Positions 9,011 through 16,445 of a stretch of 32,452 nt of DNA are shown here, one piece after another. The notes beneath the pieces are model-generated. The model was given only the letters and a program-made list of their open reading frames with translations. It was not told the origin of the DNA and did no database searches. Made by a program: the position numbers and the translations under genes. The DNA is taken from contig JALGZO010000673.1 in the NCBI GenBank assembly GCA_025774865.1, forward strand, positions 1 through 32,452. The letters run 5' to 3'. Each line of letters opens with the position of its first letter. Positions within the stretch are counted from its first letter, which is position 1. The stretch is from a bacterium. Lineage in GTDB: Bacteria; ARS69.

Positions 9011-9969
9011 GGGGTCACCGCCTCCTGCCGCCGGATCCGGAACCGATCGAGCAACGGGGTCAGGATGTTCATCAGGATCACCGCAAACGGTACGGCGTCG
9101 GCCCAGACCCCGAAGCCTCGAATCAGGACGATCAGGAACCCGAGTCCGAAACCGTAGAGCCACATCGCGCGACGGTTCGCCGGCGAGCACGTGGGATCGG
9201 TGGCGAGGAAGAACGCCGCGAGGAACACGTGGCCCTTCAAGAACTGGTCGCCGAAGCTCCCCTCCAGGCGCCCGGCGAAGAGGAGCGCGAAGACCGCGAC
9301 GCCGCCGAGAACCCCCAGGGAGATCTGCGGTCGGATAACTCCCCGCGCCCAGAGGAAGAGACCGCCGAACGCGGTGAGCAGGACCGAAGTGGATGTGGCC
9401 GACGCGACGCTTGCCATCCCGACCGGGTAGATCCAATGAGGCCACGACAGAACGAGGACCAACCAGCCGATGACGGCGGGGTGCATCGGGTAGCTCCCGA
9501 TGCCGCCGAAGAGCTGCTTGCCGAGGAACACCGCGACCACGACTCCGATCAGGAGCACCCAAACCGGAACCGTCGGCGGTAAGAGGAGCGCCAGCAGAAC
9601 TCCCATGAGAGCCGCGTGGCCGTCGAGCGCCCGATAGGGCTGGCGCATCGCGATCTGCGAGAGGTACTCGACCAGAACCGCGAAACCCGAAGCCAGCGCG
9701 ACCGTCCCGAGAATCCCGAGCAGCCAGAGCGGACCGGTGTCGATTCCCATCTCGACCGCCAGCATCTTCACGATCGGGCCGAGCGAGCCGACTCCGGCGT
9801 CGGCCGGATCGAGAACGGCGGCTTTCGGCCCGAACGCGTGTCCGATGGCCCCGAAGAGCGCGGTCGGCATCAGCGCCAGCACCGTCAGGTGGTGAGCGCG
9901 CGTGAGACCGCGACGCGCTCGTACATGCGGAGCGGCTCCGACGGTGTAGTGAGTGGAGGGATCGGGCAC
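9007..9969 (-). CDS. rnfD: Rnf electron transport complex subunit D (short variant)
   Basis: LLLPP..P, KQLFGGIG..P.HPA, FFLATDP..SP and IR.FG....VPFAVIL.N...P..D motifs; position between rnfC and rnfG. Confidence 0.92.
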   Translation of the reverse strand: MPDPSTHYTVGAAPHVRARRGLTRAHHLTVLALMPTALFGAIGHAFGPKAAVLDPADAGVGSLGPIVKMLAVEMGIDTGPLWLLGILGTVALASGFAVLVEYLSQIAMRQPYRALDGHAALMGVLLALLLPPTVPVWVLLIGVVVAVFLGKQLFGGIGSYPMHPAVIGWLVLVLSWPHWIYPVGMASVASATSTSVLLTAFGGLFLWARGVIRPQISLGVLGGVAVFALLFAGRLEGSFGDQFLKGHVFLAAFFLATDPTCSPANRRAMWLYGFGLGFLIVLIRGFGVWADAVPFAVILMNILTPLLDRFRIRRQEAVTP

Positions 9970-9973
9970 GGCG

Positions 9974-11344
9974 TCAGTCCTTGGTCACGGTGGCGACGGG
10001 AACGGCGATCGGGTCCGGCTCGCGCGGAGCCGGGGTGGGACCGGCGGTGTCGTCGGCGACGATCGCGGCCGTCGCGGCGATCTCGCGCTTGGCGAGTCGG
10101 ATGTGTTGGAGGATCGGACGCCGGGCCGGACAGACGGTGGCGCAGAGTCCGCATTCGATGCAGTCGTCCAGGCCGTAGTCAGGCGTCCGGTCGAAGAGAC
10201 TGAACTCCGCGAAGCGCGTCAGCTGGTGAGCCGGAAGTTTCTCCGGACACACGTCGAGGCACCACCCGCAGTTCACGCAGGGCTCATCGCTCCAGTCGCG
10301 GAACGTGCCCTTCTTGATCAGCATGAGCGCGTCGACGGTGGCGTCGACGGCCGCATCGAGCGAGTACTGCGCGAGCCCCCGGAATAGCCCCCCGGTCACG
10401 ATCTTGTCGCCGGGCTCGGGCTCGACACCGGCCGCGGCAAACACGTCGCCGAGGCGCGTGCCCATGGAAACGCGGAAGTTGCCGATCGACGCGCCGGAAG
10501 AGTCGAGGATCGTCACGACCCGGCTCGAGGGAACCCGACCGAGCTCGACGGCACCGAGGGCCGCGAGGGCGCGGGCGAGCGGGATGACGGCCGGCCGCGC
10601 GCCCTTCACGCGGACGCGGCGCGCGACCGCCTCCGGGAGCGTCGCCGGATACTCGGCGGCGAGGGGCAGGATCTCGATCCCCGCGCCAGCGGCCGCCATA
10701 CGGATCGCCGCCGCCCGCGCTTCGAGGACGGCGAGGACCGGCCGGTCGGCGCCAGCGAGGCGCGCCACCAGGAGGGTCGCGCGGGCGGCCGCGCTCGGAT
10801 CGTCCAGCAGAAGACTGAGCGCCGCCGTGATCCCGGGCTCGGGGTCGGCGGCCAGGACGACGACGGTATCGGCCGCCTCCGGCAGCTCGAGCTGAACGCC
10901 GGCCTTCCGCAAACGAACCCGAAGATCGTCGACCGAGGCGCAGCTCGGGTCGAGCGGCGCGAACGCTGTGTCGCCGTTGCCGGCGGGCTCGAGGAGGACC
11001 GCGAGCCCGGGCTTTCCGCCCCGGACGTCGGGCGCCTGTTTCACGCCGGCGATCCTGCCCGCCGTGGGGCTCGGGACGATGGGGAGGTCGCCCACGGTGC
11101 CGAGAGGCTGCCCGGCGGCGACCTCCTGGTCCGCCGTCACCGATGGCGACAGCCGCGGTCCGCTCACGTCGGAGCGTCCCAGAAAGATGGCGAGGGTGTC
11201 GGGAGCGGGAAGCTCGGTGAGCGGGGCTGGCTCCACCGCCAGTGGGTACCGCGCTTCCGGCACGGCGAGGAGCCGCCGGAGCAGGCGAAAAAGTCCGAGC
11301 CTGGGGCGCCCCGTCGCTCCAGGGGCATGCGCCGCCGTTGTCAA
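9974..11344 (-). CDS. rnfC: Rnf subunit C, divergent (keeps two 4Fe-4S motifs, NADH/FMN loop degenerate)
   Basis: N-terminal sandwich/barrel-like V.AGQ.LG...SP..G.I, SLBB-like GT...D....G region, CVNCGWCLDVCP and CIECGLCATVCP. First gene of the rnfCDGEAB order. Start uncertain: TTG 11344 with GAGGGGAG RBS, or TTG 11377. Confidence 0.85.
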   Translation of the reverse strand: MTTAAHAPGATGRPRLGLFRLLRRLLAVPEARYPLAVEPAPLTELPAPDTLAIFLGRSDVSGPRLSPSVTADQEVAAGQPLGTVGDLPIVPSPTAGRIAGVKQAPDVRGGKPGLAVLLEPAGNGDTAFAPLDPSCASVDDLRVRLRKAGVQLELPEAADTVVVLAADPEPGITAALSLLLDDPSAAARATLLVARLAGADRPVLAVLEARAAAIRMAAAGAGIEILPLAAEYPATLPEAVARRVRVKGARPAVIPLARALAALGAVELGRVPSSRVVTILDSSGASIGNFRVSMGTRLGDVFAAAGVEPEPGDKIVTGGLFRGLAQYSLDAAVDATVDALMLIKKGTFRDWSDEPCVNCGWCLDVCPEKLPAHQLTRFAEFSLFDRTPDYGLDDCIECGLCATVCPARRPILQHIRLAKREIAATAAIVADDTAGPTPAPREPDPIAVPVATVTKD

Positions 11345-11425
11345 ACGCTCGCTCCCCTCGCGGACCCGAACGGGCAAAACAAGGAGCCCCAGCCAGCCTG
11401 CGGGCAGATCCCGGATATCCCGCCA

Positions 11426-11460
11426 GCTCTGGATTACCAGAGCAAGAATTCCTATATTCT
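11426..11460. promoter_or_regulatory. Divergent rnf/ior promoter region with a perfect inverted repeat GCTCTGG-ATTA-CCAGAGC and an AT-rich TATATT element
   Basis: 7-bp perfect arms at 11426-11443. AGAAT-N6-ATTCT at 11445-11460 contains TATATT. This is an AT-rich patch between divergent operons. Confidence 0.45.
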
Positions 11461-11537
11461 AATTGTCGGGGATTCGTCCGACCGTCAAGGGTCAGCGGAC
11501 GGCGACCGGCGACCATCGGGAGCATCGGGGGACCTCG

Positions 11538-13322
11538 TTGAAGCAGCTCATGTCGGGGAACGAGGCGGTCGCTCGGGGCGCCTGGGAAGCAGGGACCCAC
11601 TACGCGACGGGCTACCCGGGCACCCCGAGCACCGAGATCATCGAGACTCTCTCCGGGTATCCCGGCGTCACCGCGGAGTGGTCGACGAACGAGAAGGTGG
11701 CCTTCGACGTCGCCACGGGCGTCTCACTCGCGGGCAAACGGGCTCTCGTGACCATGAAGCACGTCGGCCTCAACGTGGCGGCCGACTCCTTCATGGTTCT
11801 CCCCTACTCCGGCTGCATTGGCGGGTTCGTCGTCGTCTCCGCGGACGATCCGGGGATGCACTCGTCCCAGAACGAGCAAGACAACCGCTACTTCGCGAAG
11901 TTCGGCAAGGTCCCTCTTCTCGAGCCGGTCGATCCCCAGGAAGCCAAGGACTTCGTCCGCATCGCGTTCGACATCTCCGAGCGGTTTGAAACCCCGGTGC
12001 TTCTCCGCACCACGACGCGCATCTCGCACACGAAAGGCGTGGTGACGCTCGGGGAGCCCGTGACTCCTTCCCCGAAGAGCTACGAGACCGACATCCCCCG
12101 CTTCCTCGTTCCTCCTTTCGCGCGCCGGCTCCGACCCTTGGTCGAGGAGCGGCTCGAGCGTCTGCAGGAGTTCAGCGAGAGCTTCGAATACAACCGCGTG
12201 GAGGAAGGGGATCCCGGCGTCGGCGTGATCACGAGCGGCGTGGCCTACCAGTACGCCCGCGAGGTTCTACCGCACGCCACCTACTTGCGGCTCGGGATGT
12301 CGTTCCCGTTCCCCGTCGCGATGGTGCGTCGCTTCTGCGAACGTTTCGATCAGGTGCTCGTCATCGAGGAAGGAGAGCCGTTTCTCGAGGAGTCTCTTCG
12401 CGTCAACGGAATCGACAACGTCGTGGGTAAGCAGAAGATTCCGCTCACGGGCGAGCTGAACCCCGAGATCCTGGCGCACGCGATCCACGGGACACCGCCC
12501 CCGAAGTCCTACGCCGACGAGATGCCGATTCCGCCCCGGCCACCGCTGTTCTGCCTCGGCTGCCCCCACCGGGGCGTGTTCTACGCGCTGAAGAAGAGGA
12601 TGAAGGCCGGCGTGGTCGCTCTGGGCGACATCGGTTGCTATACGCTCGGAGGGCTTCCACCGTACTCGTCGATGCAGACCTCACTCTGCATGGGAGCGAG
12701 CGTCGGGAACGCGCTCGGCTTCGCCCAGGCGACGGGAGACAACGGCGATCGCAAAGCCGTGGGCATCATCGGCGACGGCACATTCCTGCACGGCGGGATT
12801 CCAGGATTGATCGACATGGTCTACAAGAAGAGCCTGGCGACTCTCGTCATTTGCGACAACTCGACGACGGCCATGACCGGCCAGCAGCAGAATCCCGCGA
12901 GCGGCAAGACGATCGCGGGGGAGGCTGCGCCGCGCGTCGATCTCGTGCGGCTCATCGAGTCCATCGGAGTGGATTTCGTCCGCGTGATCGACCCGTACGA
13001 CATCCAGGATCTGCGTAAGACCTTGAGTGCGGCGATCCGGCACCCCGGTCCATCGGTCGTGATCGCGCGGCACGCCTGCCTGATGATCCGTGAGGAACGG
13101 GAAAAGGTGCGGGAACCGATCCGGTTCGACCCCGAGCCCTGCAATTTCTGCAAGGCTTGCTACGAGTTCGGGTGTCCCGCGATCGATTGGAGCGACGAGT
13201 CGGGTCCGATCATCGACGAGCTGCAGTGCATGGGGTGCGAGATGTGCGCCACGTTCTGCGGACCGGGGGCCCTGCAGCCGGCGGAAGCGGTCGGTCTGGC
13301 GCTGGGGGACGGGGCGTCATGA
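11538..13322 (+). CDS. iorA: Indolepyruvate:ferredoxin oxidoreductase subunit alpha
   Basis: GNEAVARG, YPGTPSTEI, NEKVA, MKHVGLNVAAD, DDPGMHSSQNEQDNR, RPP.FC.GCPH, GDIGCYTLG, TPP motif GDGTF.H.G...DN..TAMTG and two C-terminal ferredoxin motifs. TTG start with GGGGGA RBS. Confidence 0.95.
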   Translation: MKQLMSGNEAVARGAWEAGTHYATGYPGTPSTEIIETLSGYPGVTAEWSTNEKVAFDVATGVSLAGKRALVTMKHVGLNVAADSFMVLPYSGCIGGFVVVSADDPGMHSSQNEQDNRYFAKFGKVPLLEPVDPQEAKDFVRIAFDISERFETPVLLRTTTRISHTKGVVTLGEPVTPSPKSYETDIPRFLVPPFARRLRPLVEERLERLQEFSESFEYNRVEEGDPGVGVITSGVAYQYAREVLPHATYLRLGMSFPFPVAMVRRFCERFDQVLVIEEGEPFLEESLRVNGIDNVVGKQKIPLTGELNPEILAHAIHGTPPPKSYADEMPIPPRPPLFCLGCPHRGVFYALKKRMKAGVVALGDIGCYTLGGLPPYSSMQTSLCMGASVGNALGFAQATGDNGDRKAVGIIGDGTFLHGGIPGLIDMVYKKSLATLVICDNSTTAMTGQQQNPASGKTIAGEAAPRVDLVRLIESIGVDFVRVIDPYDIQDLRKTLSAAIRHPGPSVVIARHACLMIREEREKVREPIRFDPEPCNFCKACYEFGCPAIDWSDESGPIIDELQCMGCEMCATFCGPGALQPAEAVGLALGDGAS

Positions 13323-13876
13323 CGGAGGGGATCACGAACGTTCTGATGGCGGGAGTGGGAGGGCAGGGCGTCCTCGTCGCGGGCGAGACGCTGGCGCTCG
13401 CCGCTCTGGCGGATGGGCTCGAGGCCAAGCAGTCCGAGGTTCACGGGGTAGCGCAGCGCGGGGGAAGCGTCGTCAGTCATGTCCGGTTCGGGCCGAGAGT
13501 CCACTCGCCGCTCATTCGATGCGGCGAGGCCAGCGTGCTGTACGCCGCCGAACGCCTCGAAGCGCTTCGTTACGCGCACCACCTGAAGCCGGGTGGCAAC
13601 ATCGTCATGGATGATCGCGCGATCCAACCCATCCGGATGCCGGATGCGCCCGACACCCAGTATCCGGAAGAGGTTCCGGAGTTTCTCCGCAGCAAGCGGT
13701 ACGAGGTTCTCGTGCTCGAAGCCGTTCGCGAGGCGGAGACCCTGGGCGACAAGCGCTGCGCCAACGTGCTGCTGCTCGGGGCGCTCGCGACCCGGCTCCA
13801 GATCGGCGACGAGGCGTGGAATCTCGCCCTCCGAGAGCGGCTTCCCGCGAAGGTCCTGGAGCCGGTTCCCTCCTGA
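13319..13876 (+). CDS. iorB: Indolepyruvate:ferredoxin oxidoreductase subunit beta (C-terminus looks short)
   Basis: GVGGQG, SEVHGVAQRGGSV.SHVRFG, E.LEALR and NV.LLGAL motifs. ATG overlaps the iorA stop (ATGA). Confidence 0.92.
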   Translation: MTEGITNVLMAGVGGQGVLVAGETLALAALADGLEAKQSEVHGVAQRGGSVVSHVRFGPRVHSPLIRCGEASVLYAAERLEALRYAHHLKPGGNIVMDDRAIQPIRMPDAPDTQYPEEVPEFLRSKRYEVLVLEAVREAETLGDKRCANVLLLGALATRLQIGDEAWNLALRERLPAKVLEPVPS

Positions 13877-13950
13877 GCTGCGGCCGCTCCTCCCGCTCGC
13901 CCGCGCTCCGTGCGATATTCCCGGAACCGCAAACCACGGAGAGACCGTCG

Positions 13951-14853
13951 ATGAAAACCCGGCTCCTCGTCTCGGTACTGATCGTCTCGGGAGTACTCCA
14001 GGCCCGACTGACCGCCGCCCAGATCATCGTCATCGGCGAGGATCGTCGCGCGTCCGCGTCCGCCTTCGTGTCATCCGGGAAGGACTTCGATCAGGAGCAG
14101 CACTCGGAGGTCGCCCCGGACGCGGGACCGTTCGACGTGTCCCTGTTCGCCGACGCCGCGATCACGGACGCCAATGCGAGCGCAAGCGCCAGCCAGATCT
14201 CGGTGATCGCCACGAGCTTCCTCCGCGCCGAAGGAACCGCCACCGGAGTCGCGGAGGTCTTCGTGGAGGACGCGACGGCTTACGGGGCTTCCCAGTCCAA
14301 CGTCGCGATCCGATTCGTGCTGGCACAGCCGGCCGCCTTCTCCCTCGTGGGTTTCATCGAGGGTGAAGCCAACGCGACGATGACCGTACAGCTGTCGCGG
14401 CCGTTCGAGACCGTCGCGTGGTACAGCGCGACCGACGAGCGAATCGACCTGAACCAGGACGGTGCTCTGGAGGCGGACACCTACGATCTCAACGTCACCT
14501 GCTCGGCGGTCGCGGCGGTGTTCTCACCCGGCGCCGCCCAGCAGGGAACCGGCCGCTACGATGTCCTCATGGCCCTCGGCCAGAGCACGGATGCCCCGGT
14601 TCTCGCGGCCCCGTCCGTCCGGGCGTTTCCGAATCCGTTCCGCGAAAGCACCCGTTTGACGATTCCCGACGGCACGCGTGAAGTCCGGATCGTGGACGCG
14701 CGGGGCCGACTCGTGCGCACGCTCTCCGCTTCGTCCACCGTGCTCTTCGACGGTCGAGACGCCGGGGGGCGTCCGCTCGCAAGCGGCGTGTACTGGGTCA
14801 CGCTGATCGGGGCGGAGGATCCGCAGGCGGTCAAGCTGGTTCGCCTGCGGTAG
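13951..14853 (+). CDS. Secreted protein with C-terminal FlgD-Ig/T9SS type A sorting-like domain
   Basis: Signal-peptide-like N-terminus MKTRLLVSVLIVSGVLQA. Beta-rich Ala/Ser middle region. C-terminus AFPNPF...I.D.RGR.VR.L...DGRD..GR.LASGVY...K.V. GGAGAG RBS. Confidence 0.8.
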   Translation: MKTRLLVSVLIVSGVLQARLTAAQIIVIGEDRRASASAFVSSGKDFDQEQHSEVAPDAGPFDVSLFADAAITDANASASASQISVIATSFLRAEGTATGVAEVFVEDATAYGASQSNVAIRFVLAQPAAFSLVGFIEGEANATMTVQLSRPFETVAWYSATDERIDLNQDGALEADTYDLNVTCSAVAAVFSPGAAQQGTGRYDVLMALGQSTDAPVLAAPSVRAFPNPFRESTRLTIPDGTREVRIVDARGRLVRTLSASSTVLFDGRDAGGRPLASGVYWVTLIGAEDPQAVKLVRLR

Positions 14854-16074
14854 TCACCGGCGACGCTTCGCCGAGCTCCGCCTCCTCCTCTTCGCCGCGG
14901 CCTTTCGGGTGCTCTTGCGCGCGGTCTTCTTCTTCGCCGCTTTCTTCGTTCCCTTGGCTCCCTTGCGGGCAGCTTTCTTCTTCGCCGCTTTCTTCGGTGT
15001 GCGCTTGCGCGCAGCTTTCTTCTTCGCAGCCCTCGTCCTGCTTCTCGGCGCGGCCTGCTCGGCTCCGGTGGGGTGGTCGCCCGGTGAAAGGAGCTCGATG
15101 TCGAGCGCCTGGGTCACGAAGTGGATCGGGTTGATGATCGTGGTCCCGGGTTGTTCCTCGGTGCCCTGCGAGCCGCCGAAGAGCAAGCCGATGCACGCTC
15201 CGTCGGAGTCGTAGACGAGCGATCCCGAGTCGCCGCCGCTCGAGAACTCCTCCTCGCTCGGGGCCTGCGACACGATGATCTGGTCCACGAACGTAGCCTT
15301 CTGGAACAGGCTGTACTTGACCTGGACGGTGCCGAAGAGAGCCTGCACGAAGCCCTGCGTGTGCTCGGTAGTGCGGCCGGTCTTCTGGACGAACTCACCG
15401 AGGTCGCTCTCGTCAAGGCGACGGGGGGCCACCGGAAGCCCGGGGCCGACATCCACCGTATTCCAGAGAACGTCGCCCGGGTCGGGCGTCGCGATCGCGC
15501 AGTCCACCCGGTTCTCCGCGCCCGGCGCGAAGTCGATCGGGGCGAAACGCGTGAGCCGGGCAATCCGGTCCCGCGGATCCTGGCCGCCGTCGGCGGGGCC
15601 CGGTTGAAGGACCGGGTCGCCGATCGTGGCGTCGTTGGACTCCGCGAGCACGTGATTGTTCGAGAGGATGACCACATCGCCGGTCACCCGGTCGCGGACG
15701 AGACCGCCGAGCGTCCCCGCCGTGATGTTCACGTGCCCCACGCTGATGCCGCTCCGGGCGGGGCGTTCGCGCTGCGTGTACTCCAGCGCGTTGAAGCGGG
15801 CCGCCTGCACGTCCGTGATGAACTCGAGCACTCCGCCCTGGGCACGATCGTCGGGGACGCTGAGCGTCCGCGGAATGCGGTTCGAGAGCGGAAGCCGGCG
15901 GAGCGAGAGCTTCTCGTTCACGTAGACCACGATCGCGAGGTCTTTGAGGTTCTTGCCGGCGGTGCGCTTGCGGCCGATTGCAAAGCCGTTGATGCAGTCG
16001 CAGTGAAGAAGCTGCAGGAACTGGTTGACGCCTCGGACGAGGCGCTTGTGGTCGCGGAACGATGCCCGTGCCAT
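14854..16074 (-). CDS. Trypsin-like (S1/NAL1-type) serine protease with Lys/Ala/Arg-rich histone-like C-terminal tail
   Basis: Catalytic-triad motifs LSNNHV (His), DCAIA (Asp) and GDSGS (Ser), plus GTLGG, QPG..DGG and K.GRTT..T.G. About 65-aa basic tail. ATG 16074 with GGAGG RBS. Confidence 0.82.
   Translation of the reverse strand: MARASFRDHKRLVRGVNQFLQLLHCDCINGFAIGRKRTAGKNLKDLAIVVYVNEKLSLRRLPLSNRIPRTLSVPDDRAQGGVLEFITDVQAARFNALEYTQRERPARSGISVGHVNITAGTLGGLVRDRVTGDVVILSNNHVLAESNDATIGDPVLQPGPADGGQDPRDRIARLTRFAPIDFAPGAENRVDCAIATPDPGDVLWNTVDVGPGLPVAPRRLDESDLGEFVQKTGRTTEHTQGFVQALFGTVQVKYSLFQKATFVDQIIVSQAPSEEEFSSGGDSGSLVYDSDGACIGLLFGGSQGTEEQPGTTIINPIHFVTQALDIELLSPGDHPTGAEQAAPRSRTRAAKKKAARKRTPKKAAKKKAARKGAKGTKKAAKKKTARKSTRKAAAKRRRRSSAKRRR
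14857..15050 (-). repeat. Low-complexity coding repeat, AAKKK(A/T)ARK three times, within the protease tail
   Basis: Translation [44 protein letters not shown]; repeated TTCTTCTTCGC(C/A)GC on the + strand. Confidence 0.8.
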
Positions 16075-16123
16075 CACTTCCCTCCTATCCCATCCACCCG
16101 CGGCACGGCCGAACCCGCCGGGT

Positions 16124-16339
16124 TCAGCGCGCCCGGAACTCTGACGTCAGCTGGACTTCCACCGGGAAGCCCTCGATCTCCTCGGGCAGGTCGCTCGGAC
16201 GCTGCCCGCTCCTGGTGTAGACCACGATGCAAAATCCTTCCGGATCCTGCGAGGACCGGCCGATCGCGACTCCGATCACGGACTCGATCTCCATCAGGCG
16301 CGCCCGATGGCGATCGAGTGCATCCTTGATCACGGACAT
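16124..16339 (-). CDS. Small protein (about 71 aa) resembling the N-terminal domain of the adjacent protease
   Basis: Pattern V.GVAIG......IVVY.......LP..I.G.PV.V....F.A parallels INGFAIG...IVVYV...IP..L......TDV....F.A in the downstream protease. Start could lie a few codons further upstream. Confidence 0.72.
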   Translation of the reverse strand: MSVIKDALDRHRARLMEIESVIGVAIGRSSQDPEGFCIVVYTRSGQRPSDLPEEIEGFPVEVQLTSEFRAR

Positions 16340-16445
16340 GTCGGGCTCACGAACATGGTTCTTCCCAAAGAATTCCGCACACATCGAACATCGGCAAGGA
16401 TCTGCCAAGGATCAAGGCAAATCAGCCACCGACGGCGTCCGTCGC

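Noticed and set aside
14880-15040. Repeated TTCTTCTTCGCC units as a possible CRISPR or VNTR
   Set aside because: Short, imperfect and explained by Lys/Ala codons in the protease tail; no spacers or cas genes.
16105-16126. GAACCC-GCC-GGGTTC hairpin as a terminator
   Set aside because: Short stem, 3-nt loop, no U-tract, and it lies against the stop codon between two apparently linked genes.
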